Assembly: GCA_965217775.1 (NCBI GenBank)
Contig: CBDCJH010000002.1
Span: forward strand, 5,056,001 to 5,120,000
From: Acidobacteriota bacterium
Lineage (GTDB): Bacteria > Acidobacteriota > UBA6911 > RPQK01 > JAJDTT01
Length of the DNA: 64,000 bases
Reading direction: 5' to 3'
The position numbers and the translations under genes are program-made. The notes under the pieces are model-generated. The model did no database searches. It was not told the origin of the DNA and saw only the letters and a program-made list of their open reading frames with translations. Below, one piece after another: positions 26,034 through 34,745 of the stretch (its first letter is position 1; every line of letters begins with the position of its first letter).

Positions 26034-26735
26034 ATGCAAATCGAGCCAGAGATAAGTGGCGTAAGCGTCGTCTTGCTTGGACAGTTCAATCCGGCGATTT
26101 TCACACCTGCTTGGTTCGCGATGCACGCCATTCTACCGAAGAGTGTCGAGGCCAACGCCAAGTTGCAGATTGCCCACGCGCGGGTGACCGCATTTTCCAC
26201 CGACTGGCTTCACCTGGAAGTTACGACCGATCGTTTTCAAGTCGAAACCCAGCAGGCCCCATACATTCGCCTGCGTGACCTCGTCGTGCGCGTGTTCCAA
26301 GAGCATCTGTACCATACGCCCGTCAACGCGTTCGGAATCAACCGTGACGTTCATTTTCGGGTGTCGAGCGTGACTGCAAGAGATCGAATCGGTAGAACTT
26401 TGGCGCCGGTGGAACCATGGGGAGACTGGAGACGTGACCTCGGGTCGGATGGCGAGCATGGTGGGATGACCTCGCTGACGATGTCACAAGTTGATCCCGA
26501 CGGAAGGCCAAAGGGCGGTCGTATCAACGTCACGGTGGAGCCGTCCAATCGGATCGGCCAGGGACGAGCGGGAGTCTATGTTCGGGTCAACGATCATTAC
26601 GCCATCGAGGATTCTGGCCCTGGAGCCTTGGAACGCTTGATGGAGTTGTTCGAGGACGACTTTGAGGCATCACTCAGGCGTAGCGACGACCTCATTGATC
26701 ACATCATGTCCTTGGCAGTGAGCCGGGAGGTTTAG
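26034..26735 (+). CDS. Hypothetical protein (TIGR04255-like, gene 1 of cassette)
   Basis: ATG at 26034; SVVLLGQFNPAIFTPAWF, HTPVNAFGIN and VNDH resemble sporadically distributed TIGR04255-like proteins (from memory, not searched). Confidence 0.7.
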   Translation: MQIEPEISGVSVVLLGQFNPAIFTPAWFAMHAILPKSVEANAKLQIAHARVTAFSTDWLHLEVTTDRFQVETQQAPYIRLRDLVVRVFQEHLYHTPVNAFGINRDVHFRVSSVTARDRIGRTLAPVEPWGDWRRDLGSDGEHGGMTSLTMSQVDPDGRPKGGRINVTVEPSNRIGQGRAGVYVRVNDHYAIEDSGPGALERLMELFEDDFEASLRRSDDLIDHIMSLAVSREV

Positions 26736-26738
26736 TTC

Positions 26739-27344
26739 ATGCCGCAGTCGGAACCATTCACAGCAGCGCAACACATCAATTCAGGTCAACGATCCAGCTC
26801 CAACGAGCGTTTCACCTTGGAGCATCTCGTTCGGAATGTTGACTTGGCCGGCCAGGTGGCGCTGGCGCGCGGAACAGACGCACAGACAACAACTCCACAC
26901 GACCTGAACGCGAGAGCGTCAGTCCTGCCGGTGTCTGCCGGTCGCAGACAGGACGAGGAGGGCCTCTCCTGGATTGTGGACTTCCCGCAAACTGTGCCCC
27001 TGCCACAACCGGCGGCAACTTTCCATGCACTACAAGAGTGGGAGGGATATGTCCTTGAGATCGGAGAAACGGACTTCGTAGCTCGATTGGTTGACTTGAC
27101 GGCGGGCTCAGCGCAAGAAGAGGAAGAAGCGGTCATTCCTCTGGTCGAACTCTCGGACGAAGATTCCGCCAAGATGCGCCCAGGGAGCATTTTCCGCTGG
27201 GTGATCGGTTACGAGCGCACTGTGGCGGGGACCAAGAGACGTGTATCCCAAATCGTGTTTCGCGACCTTCCTGCAATCACCAGGAGGGATTTGAGGGATG
27301 GTGAGACGTGGGCACTTGAAACCATCCGGTCGATAGGTCTGTGA
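26739..27344 (+). CDS. Hypothetical protein (gene 2 of cassette)
   Basis: Starts 3 nt after gene 1; disordered-looking N-terminus; C-terminal beta-rich domain LQEWEGYV...GSIFRWVIGY. Confidence 0.75.
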   Translation: MPQSEPFTAAQHINSGQRSSSNERFTLEHLVRNVDLAGQVALARGTDAQTTTPHDLNARASVLPVSAGRRQDEEGLSWIVDFPQTVPLPQPAATFHALQEWEGYVLEIGETDFVARLVDLTAGSAQEEEEAVIPLVELSDEDSAKMRPGSIFRWVIGYERTVAGTKRRVSQIVFRDLPAITRRDLRDGETWALETIRSIGL

Positions 27345-28426
27345 CGGAGACGGGGAAGTCTCCGGGAAAAAACGATTTCGAGCTGACACTTCTCGGTCCC
27401 GGCTACGGTGAGAGTGTTGTGCTTCATGTCGGCGGTGGCGTCTGGGTCATTGTTGACTCCTGCGTCGATACGGACGGAACACCGCAAGCGCTACGGTATT
27501 TGGAGAGCATCGACGTCGACCCGGCCGAGGCCGTCGAGCTGATCGTGGCGACTCACTGGCACGATGATCATATTCGCGGGATTGCGAAACTCGTCGAAGT
27601 CTGCAACCGGGCAGCCTTTGGTTGCGCAAGCGCGCTGCTTTGCAAAGAATTTCTCAATGTAGTTGGTGCTTTGGAAGGCCGGCCTCCGTCAGGCCGCGGT
27701 TCTGGCCTAAGAGAGATTCACAGCGTGTTTTCGCGGCTTGCGCAAATTGCGTCGCACCCGACACTGGCCATCGCCAACCGCCCCGTTTTTGTTCAGGGCG
27801 GATGTGAAATCCAGACGCTTTCCCCCGACGACGCAACCTTCATCAAATTCTTGAGGAAAATTGGACGTCTGCTGTCTGGAACCGGCAAAGCTCGGATACG
27901 GGTTCCCAGCCTCTCTCCCAACGATGTCGCCGTCGCGCTCTGGGTCAAAGTCGAAGACGTTACAGTGCTGCTCGGTTCAGATCTGGAGAAGCGCGGCTGG
28001 ACAGCAGTTCTCGAGAACGACGCGACCCCGGCGGGAAAGGCGTCGGCGTTCAAGGTTGCGCACCACGGATCGAAAGATGCCCATGAACCCGGCGTGTGGA
28101 AGCAGATGCTGGAGCTCGATCCCTTCGCCGTGCTCGCACCCTGGCGCAGAGGTAACCGAACCCTGCCAATGCAACGTGACGTGAAACGGATTCTCTCACA
28201 TACACCGAATGCCTACGCGACCGCGAGGATCGTTTCATCGACACGAACTCCTGTGAACAGAGCCAGTATGGTCAGAAGGACCATCCGGGAATCCGGTATC
28301 CAGCTTCGGCGGCTAGTCATGTCACCCGGCTTCGTTCGCCTCCGCCGTCCACTCGCTTCGGGCGCTCGCTGGAAGGTTGAGACGTTCGGATCGGCGTGCC
28401 ACCTTGCAGTCTTCGCGAGACAATAG
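27341..28426 (+). CDS. ComEC-like MBL-fold metallo-hydrolase (gene 3 of cassette)
   Basis: GYGES, VDSC, THWHDDH (HxHxDH), GSD and KVAHHGS; no TM or signal peptide; GTGA overlap with gene 2. Confidence 0.88.
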   Translation: MTETGKSPGKNDFELTLLGPGYGESVVLHVGGGVWVIVDSCVDTDGTPQALRYLESIDVDPAEAVELIVATHWHDDHIRGIAKLVEVCNRAAFGCASALLCKEFLNVVGALEGRPPSGRGSGLREIHSVFSRLAQIASHPTLAIANRPVFVQGGCEIQTLSPDDATFIKFLRKIGRLLSGTGKARIRVPSLSPNDVAVALWVKVEDVTVLLGSDLEKRGWTAVLENDATPAGKASAFKVAHHGSKDAHEPGVWKQMLELDPFAVLAPWRRGNRTLPMQRDVKRILSHTPNAYATARIVSSTRTPVNRASMVRRTIRESGIQLRRLVMSPGFVRLRRPLASGARWKVETFGSACHLAVFARQ

Positions 28427-28508
28427 TTCGTTTGCAATTGCTGAAACGGTGCCCACTACTGGCTGTTCATCTCGGCGTTTTGAATGGAATGCGTACAGGA
28501 GCGAAACG

Positions 28509-29087
28509 ATGGACGACAACAACTATATTGAACCGCCGACCGTTCTCCCGGAGATCGAAGAGGACACGCGCCGCCTCGAGTTCAGTATGGGTTCCGATTA
28601 CCAGACGGGCTCCTTGCTGCGGACCCTGGCGGCCTCCAAGCCGGGAGGCCGGTTCCTCGAGTTGGGAACCGGGACCGGGCTGGCGACGGCTTGGATCCTT
28701 GACGGCATGGATCGGGACTCGCGGCTGATCACGGTCGACATCGATCCTGCGTGCCTGGACGTGGCGAAACGCCATCTGGGAACGGATGGCCGGGTAGATT
28801 TCCGCCGAGGAGATGGAGCCGATGTCATGAATTCTCTATGTGGGTCGCGATTCGATCTGATCTTCGCCGACGCCTGGGCCGGAAAATTCTGGGACTTCCA
28901 GAAGGCCGTGGACCTTCTGAACAAGGGAGGAATCTACGTCATTGACGACCTGTTGCCGGCTCCGCCCTGGCCTCCCGATCACCCTCCGAAAGTGGACGCA
29001 CTACTGGAACGCGTTCAGAATCATCCGACGTTGACGTCTTGCCGACTCTCTTGGTCCACGGGGCTGGTGGTGGCCGTCAAGGGTTGA
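28509..29087 (+). CDS. Class I SAM-dependent O-methyltransferase
   Basis: LELGTGTG, FDLIFADA and GGIYVIDD. Confidence 0.9.
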   Translation: MDDNNYIEPPTVLPEIEEDTRRLEFSMGSDYQTGSLLRTLAASKPGGRFLELGTGTGLATAWILDGMDRDSRLITVDIDPACLDVAKRHLGTDGRVDFRRGDGADVMNSLCGSRFDLIFADAWAGKFWDFQKAVDLLNKGGIYVIDDLLPAPPWPPDHPPKVDALLERVQNHPTLTSCRLSWSTGLVVAVKG

Positions 29088-29385
29088 GATCGGAGGTCAC
29101 AGAGGGACGCTTCCTGCCACTGACGCCATCGGAACGGCGCTTGCCGGCAAGCATCCTGCCCAGCCGCTCGTCCATTTCTTCCGCTCCGACAATCTCGCCG
29201 GATCGGCGGCGGGACAGGACTTCGTATAACGCCCTGCGATCCAAGTCTTCGACTTCCAAACGCTGGCGCAGGTCTTCGATGCCCTGCTGAATGACCGCGC
29301 TGACACTGGGGTGCCGCCCGGTATCCACCATAGCCTTGGCAAAGGCGTGCTGCTCGTCAGTGAGAGAAATCGAGTGCATGACCAT
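29077..29385 (-). CDS. ParD/CC2985-like ribbon-helix-helix antitoxin (orphan)
   Basis: SISLTDEQHAFAKAMVDTGRHPSVSAVIQQGI; no toxin ORF follows. Confidence 0.8.
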   Translation of the reverse strand: MVMHSISLTDEQHAFAKAMVDTGRHPSVSAVIQQGIEDLRQRLEVEDLDRRALYEVLSRRRSGEIVGAEEMDERLGRMLAGKRRSDGVSGRKRPSVTSDLNP

Positions 29386-29475
29386 CAAGAGGCGCCGTCC
29401 TGGTGCCACGGTAACACTGGGTACTACTGACGTAAATCCGTGACCGTTGAGGAATCCGGGCTGGAACATTGCCGC

Positions 29476-30789
29476 CTACGCCATGGGCAATACGAGCAAG
29501 GCTCTGCAGCCCGGCGTGTGCCTCCGGTTGGTCAGGCTGAGAAATCCGCCGTGGGCCTCTGCGATCTGCCGGGCCAGGACCAGACCGATTCCGCTCCCTT
29601 GGGGCTTGGTGGTGAAGAAGGGGACGAACAGGTTGGCGGTGTCGGCCAGTCCCTTCCCCTCGTCTTCCACGGAGACTTCCAACTGGCCGCCAACCCGTCT
29701 CCAGCCGATGCGGGCGCCCCCTCCGGTCTCCGCCGCGGCGTCGACGGCGTTCCGGACCAGGTTGATCAGCAGTTGCTCCAACTGATCCGGGTCGGCCCGA
29801 AAACGAACCGGCCGGCCGTCTCGAATCGCCACCGGCATCCGGGTCTCCAGACTCACCACTTTGCGGACCGAGTTCTCGATGGAGACCGGGCGTTTGTTCG
29901 GGGCCGGTAGCCGGGCGAGCCGGGAATAGGCGCCCATGAACCGGCTCAGCGCCTGGGCCCGGGAGGAGATGACATGCAGGCCCTCCCGCAGGTCCTGCTC
30001 CCGGTCCGAGTTCGAAAGGTCCCGCTCCAAGAGGGATTCGAGACTCCCGGCGATGGACTTGATGGGGGTCAGCGAGTTGTTCAACTCATGGCCCAACACC
30101 CGGATCAGCCGCCGCCACGCCTGCCGTTCCTCCTCTCGCAGGGTCTGGTTCAGGTCCGCCAGGACCACCAGGTGATGGGGCCGCCCCTCCTCGCGGAACA
30201 CGGTCCGGCGCATTCCCCAACGGCCGCCCCCTCCAGGCAAATGGATTTGGAGCGTCCGGACCGGCGCTCCCTTCAGGCAGTCCTTCAAATCCAGCTCCGC
30301 CGCCCTCTTCTCCAGTGCTTCCGCTCCCGGGATTCCCAGGAGCCTCTGCCCGGTCCGGTTGATGAGGCGCAGGCGCCGTCGGTCGTCGAACGCGAAGACC
30401 GCAACGTCGATCTCCTTCATCACCTTCTGCAGCAGGGCAGCCGCCTCGACCGCTCCCAGGCGTTGCCGGCGCAGGACCTCGCCCAGGACGTTCAGTTCCG
30501 CGGCGAACTCGCCCAGTCCCCTGTCCGCTCCGCCCCGGGCCCGGATGGAGAAGTCCCCTTCACGAAGCGCCGAGACCACGTTGGCGAGGGTCTGAAACTG
30601 AAACGTCAACTTTCGGTACAGCAGGATCAGGCCGCCGGACAAGGCTCCCACGGCCAGCAGCGTGAGGCCGTAGCGCACCTGGGGCGCGTGATCGCCGGTC
30701 CAGAGCAGGACCAGCAGTGCGGCGCAGGCGGGGAGGCCGGCGGCAAGGGAGGTCAGGACGATCCGCGCCTGAAAGCCGAGCCGGTTCAT
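29476..30789 (-). CDS. Sensor histidine kinase (TM-HAMP-PAS-HisKA-HATPase)
   Basis: Start MNRLGF at 30789; HELNNSL, NLVRNA, EDEGKG, PFFTTK and GSGIGL. Confidence 0.92.
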   Translation of the reverse strand: MNRLGFQARIVLTSLAAGLPACAALLVLLWTGDHAPQVRYGLTLLAVGALSGGLILLYRKLTFQFQTLANVVSALREGDFSIRARGGADRGLGEFAAELNVLGEVLRRQRLGAVEAAALLQKVMKEIDVAVFAFDDRRRLRLINRTGQRLLGIPGAEALEKRAAELDLKDCLKGAPVRTLQIHLPGGGGRWGMRRTVFREEGRPHHLVVLADLNQTLREEERQAWRRLIRVLGHELNNSLTPIKSIAGSLESLLERDLSNSDREQDLREGLHVISSRAQALSRFMGAYSRLARLPAPNKRPVSIENSVRKVVSLETRMPVAIRDGRPVRFRADPDQLEQLLINLVRNAVDAAAETGGGARIGWRRVGGQLEVSVEDEGKGLADTANLFVPFFTTKPQGSGIGLVLARQIAEAHGGFLSLTNRRHTPGCRALLVLPMA

Positions 30790-32156
30790 AGCCCGAGTTT
30801 TCCCATGCGCCGGTAGAGGGCGGTCCGGCTCATCCCCAGGCTTCGAGCGGCTCGGCTCACGTTGCCGCCGGTGCGGGCCAGAGCCTTGCCGATCAGAACG
30901 CCTTCGGCTTCCTCCAGGGTCATCATTTCCAGCGGATTCGAATATGGCGAGTCGGCCGGAAGACTCAGGTCCTGGACCGAAATGGAGGACTGCCGGGCGA
31001 GCAGGACGGCACGCTCCACCACATGGCTGAGCTCCCGGACGTTTCCCGGCCACGAGTAGTGGGCCAGGGCCGCCAAGGCCGGTTCGCTGAAACCGTCCAG
31101 CCGCTTCCGGTATTTCTGGTTGTAGCGGCCCAGGAAGTGGTTGGCCAGCAGGAGAATGTCCTCGCCCCGATCTCTCAGCGGAGGCAGGCGGATCTCCACC
31201 GTATTGAGACGAAACAGGAGGTCCTCCCGGAACTGGCCGCGGGCCACCTCCCGCTTCAGGTCGGCGTTGGTGGCCGACAATACCCGCACGTCGACGTGTT
31301 TGGTCCGGGAGGAGCCGACGCGCTGCATCTCTCCGCTCTCCAGGACTCGAAGCAGGTTGGCCTGCTGGCTCACGGGGATGCTGGAGACCTCGTCCAACAG
31401 CAGCGTACCCCCGTCGGCCAGTTCGAAGCGGCCGATCCGGTCCGTTCGCGCATCGGTGAAGGCGCCCTTGACGTGCCCGAACATTTCGCTGACGAAGACG
31501 CCTTCCGAAAGGCCTCCCAGGTTGACGGCCACCAGAGGCTTGGAGGAGCGTGCCGAGACCGAGTGCAGAGTCCGGGCCACCACTTCCTTGCCGGTGCCAT
31601 GATCGCCTGTGATTAGGACGTGAGCGTCTGAGGGTCCCACCCGAGCGATCAAATCCAGGACCGGACGCATGACCGGGGACTGAGTGATCAGTCGAACGTG
31701 TTGCCGGGAGCGGAGGACCCGGTTCTCCTCCTCCAGGCGGCGGCCCTGCCGCAACGCCCGCCGGAGTTCGATCTGGCTCTTCAAGACGGTGAGGAGGCGC
31801 TCGTTCTCCCAGGGTTTCTGGATGAAGTCCCGGGCACCGCGCCGCATGGCCTCCACGGCCAGATCGATGGTGCCCCAGGCGGTCATCACCACCACCCGAA
31901 GGGAGCCGTCCACCGCCAGCAATTGCGTCAGGAGATCGAGCCCCTCCCGGCCCGAGGTGGTGTCCCGGGCGTAGTTCATGTCCATGAGGATGACGTCGAG
32001 ATCGAGACGCCGGGCACACTCCAGGACGCGCGCGGGAGTGTCGGCCGTGGTGATCTCGTAACCCTCGGTCTTCAACAGGAGCCGGAGGGAATGGAGCACG
32101 TCGGCCTGATCGTCGGCGATCAGAACACGGGGTTTCTTGGAACGGGTTGTTGGCAT
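30786..32156 (-). CDS. Sigma-54-dependent response regulator (NtrC family)
   Basis: Receiver domain, GDHGTGKE, GAFTDA, LDE, WPGNVREL and Fis-type HTH. Confidence 0.95.
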   Translation of the reverse strand: MPTTRSKKPRVLIADDQADVLHSLRLLLKTEGYEITTADTPARVLECARRLDLDVILMDMNYARDTTSGREGLDLLTQLLAVDGSLRVVVMTAWGTIDLAVEAMRRGARDFIQKPWENERLLTVLKSQIELRRALRQGRRLEEENRVLRSRQHVRLITQSPVMRPVLDLIARVGPSDAHVLITGDHGTGKEVVARTLHSVSARSSKPLVAVNLGGLSEGVFVSEMFGHVKGAFTDARTDRIGRFELADGGTLLLDEVSSIPVSQQANLLRVLESGEMQRVGSSRTKHVDVRVLSATNADLKREVARGQFREDLLFRLNTVEIRLPPLRDRGEDILLLANHFLGRYNQKYRKRLDGFSEPALAALAHYSWPGNVRELSHVVERAVLLARQSSISVQDLSLPADSPYSNPLEMMTLEEAEGVLIGKALARTGGNVSRAARSLGMSRTALYRRMGKLGL

Positions 32157-32183
32157 CGTCTTCGTTGTCAGGTCTGCGGGGAA

Positions 32184-34733
32184 TTATTCATGGCGCAACG
32201 CTTCCATGGGTTCCAGCCTGGTGATTCTATAGGCTGGAATCCAGCAAGCCAGCAGCGAGGCCACTACGATCACCAAGGCGGGGACCAGGAAAATCACGGG
32301 ACCGGACGGTTCCAACTCGGCAACGACGTTCCGAAGGATTCGAATCCCCGCCAGCGCCAGACCTGCCCCGATGAAAAGGCCGATAGCGACGACTACCAAG
32401 GCCCTTCTCAATATCAGCCATACTGTGTCGTAGCGTCTTGCGCCCATAGCCAGTCGAACCGAGATTTCTCGTGTGCGGCGAGCGACCGAATGGGAGAGGA
32501 CGCCGTAAAGTCCGACACATACCAGTATCAGCGCCAGAATGGCAAAGGCGGCTAACAGCAGGTTTAGCAACCGCCATTCGCCGATACGCGCCGCGATAGT
32601 CGCGGACAAGGACTGTGGTCCAAAGGTCGGGAGATCGGGGTCCAATTCGCGCACGGTTTGGCGCATGGAGGCCACGGTTGCGGTAATCCCTCCTGGTTGA
32701 GTTCGTGCCATGAGCGTAAAGTTTCCGACATATCCCTGAAGAATTGGGAAGTACACATGGGGAGAAGGGTTTTCACCGGGCATGCGAAAGTGGACCTCTC
32801 CGGCGACTCCGATCACCACCCATTTGTTCGATCCGTGTGAGACCTGCTTCCCTATGGGATCGGCATCGGGCCAGAATCGCTCGGCCAACGTCTGGCTGAC
32901 TATGATGACCGGCCGCGCGTCATGATCGTCTGTCCACTGAAAGTCGCGACCCCGGATCAAGGGAAGTCGAACGGTCTCGAAGTATCCGGGACAGATGGAA
33001 TTGACGTTAGCCATAACCGCATTGTCTTCATCTTTACGGATGGAACTTCGGACGCCGCTACTATCGGCAGGAACGAATTGCGCCAGACTTACGGAATTCA
33101 CTCCTGGAGCCGTCTCCGCGTGTCGTAGGAGTTGTCGCAGGAACAAGATTCCTTTGGTCTCGTTGTAACCCTGGTTGGCCACGTCAACCGATAATGTGAC
33201 CACGTTCGCGGGATCGAAGCCTGGATCCAGCGAAAGTCGATTCGCGAGCGAACGGAGGAACAGTCCCGCCACGACCAGCATTGTCAGCGACAATGCGACT
33301 TGCAGGGTGACCAGGCCATGACGCCAGCGTCCCGAACGTACGCGATTGTTCCACTCTGTCCCCTTCAGTGCCGGGAACAGATCAATTCGGCTGGCACGTA
33401 TCGCTGGAATCAAGCCGAAGAAAACGGCTGTCGCCGACGAGAGAGTCACAGTGAACAACAACATGCGGACATCCAGGAAACCGAGGCTCAGTCGAGAAAT
33501 GCTCAGGTAGCCAGCGGACCCATGTGGCAGCGGAATGGTACCCAGCAGGTCCAAGCACCAGAGGGCCACGAGAGTCGCGGCGACACCGCCGGCCAGAAAG
33601 AGCACGGTCGTCTCGATGAGGAGATAGTGGATCAGACGGTTACGGCTGGTTCCCACGGCCAAGCGGGTCGCCATCTCGAGCCTCCTGCTCCGCGCGCGCG
33701 AGAGGAGGAGGTTGGCGACGTTTGAGCACGCGATCACGAGAACGAATCCCGCGATCGCAGTCAGGAAGATCCAAACGTTCTGGAGCCGGGATCTCAGAGA
33801 CGGACGAACACGAGCAAAATGCCCCGGGGCCAATACGAGATTCTCCTCTTCCCACCTTCGGTTCAGGTGTTGTAGTTCGGATACGGGCCCAGCTAGTGTG
33901 GAGCGGGCGCCGTTCCAACTCATGTCCGGTTTGAGGCGTCCTACCAAGTTCAGCCAGTAGCTACGCGGATGCTCAAACCAATCCGCTGAGTCAAAAAGCC
34001 AACGCTTGGGCACAACCTGTGCTCGCATCATCAAGGGGACCCATACGTCTATTTGTCTCAGGGAAAGACCCTTGAAATGCTCCGGCAGGACTCCCACCAA
34101 GGTGAAGGGGCGGCCATTCAATCTTGCGGTCCTCCCCACCACGTCCGGATTCGATTGAAATTGATCGCGCCAAACCCGAGCGCTGATCATCGCCACCGGG
34201 TGGCGCCCAGGAACCTGCCCCTCCTCCGGAAGGAAGCCTCGACCGACGATGGGTTCAATGCCGAGGACATCCGTGTAGTTGGACGACGCCATTTCGCCCG
34301 CTAGCCGTTCCGTGAACCCATCGGCGCTCAGATGGGGCGTGAACCCGGCATAGGCAACCAGGCCGGAGAAAGCTTGGTTTGCTCGCCGGATTAGAAGATA
34401 TTCAGGGAAAGAAAACCCGCTTCCATACGAATCTTCGCTGGACCCGCGGTAGACAGCCGCGATCCGATGGGGATCTGCAACCGGGAGCGGCCGCAATATG
34501 GCAGCGTCGAACAATGTGTAGACAGCCGTATTCACCCCGATGCCGAGAGCCAGAGTCATGATGGCTACAATCGTGAAACCAGGATTCCTGGTCAGCGTCC
34601 GAAACGAGAGCCTGACGTCTCTGACGGTGTCCTCCAGGTAGAGAAGCAGACTTCGTCCTGGTTCCTTTCCTTGCAAAGGGTGATCTATGGGCGAGGTCGG
34701 TTGTGGTGGTCCATTCATGGCTTGGTCAGCCAA
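32184..34733 (-). CDS. ADOP-type duplicated MacB/FtsX ABC permease
   Basis: ALGIGVNTA, IACSNVANLLL, RRTREISVRLAMGA and EPMEALRHE; start 34733 or 34718. Confidence 0.92.
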   Translation of the reverse strand: MADQAMNGPPQPTSPIDHPLQGKEPGRSLLLYLEDTVRDVRLSFRTLTRNPGFTIVAIMTLALGIGVNTAVYTLFDAAILRPLPVADPHRIAAVYRGSSEDSYGSGFSFPEYLLIRRANQAFSGLVAYAGFTPHLSADGFTERLAGEMASSNYTDVLGIEPIVGRGFLPEEGQVPGRHPVAMISARVWRDQFQSNPDVVGRTARLNGRPFTLVGVLPEHFKGLSLRQIDVWVPLMMRAQVVPKRWLFDSADWFEHPRSYWLNLVGRLKPDMSWNGARSTLAGPVSELQHLNRRWEEENLVLAPGHFARVRPSLRSRLQNVWIFLTAIAGFVLVIACSNVANLLLSRARSRRLEMATRLAVGTSRNRLIHYLLIETTVLFLAGGVAATLVALWCLDLLGTIPLPHGSAGYLSISRLSLGFLDVRMLLFTVTLSSATAVFFGLIPAIRASRIDLFPALKGTEWNNRVRSGRWRHGLVTLQVALSLTMLVVAGLFLRSLANRLSLDPGFDPANVVTLSVDVANQGYNETKGILFLRQLLRHAETAPGVNSVSLAQFVPADSSGVRSSIRKDEDNAVMANVNSICPGYFETVRLPLIRGRDFQWTDDHDARPVIIVSQTLAERFWPDADPIGKQVSHGSNKWVVIGVAGEVHFRMPGENPSPHVYFPILQGYVGNFTLMARTQPGGITATVASMRQTVRELDPDLPTFGPQSLSATIAARIGEWRLLNLLLAAFAILALILVCVGLYGVLSHSVARRTREISVRLAMGARRYDTVWLILRRALVVVAIGLFIGAGLALAGIRILRNVVAELEPSGPVIFLVPALVIVVASLLACWIPAYRITRLEPMEALRHE

Positions 34734-34745
34734 ATCCGCACACGA

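Noticed and set aside
29476-32019. 847-aa ORF as a single fused kinase
   Set aside because: Its N-terminal half overlaps the response regulator in another frame; the real start is MNRLGF at 30789.
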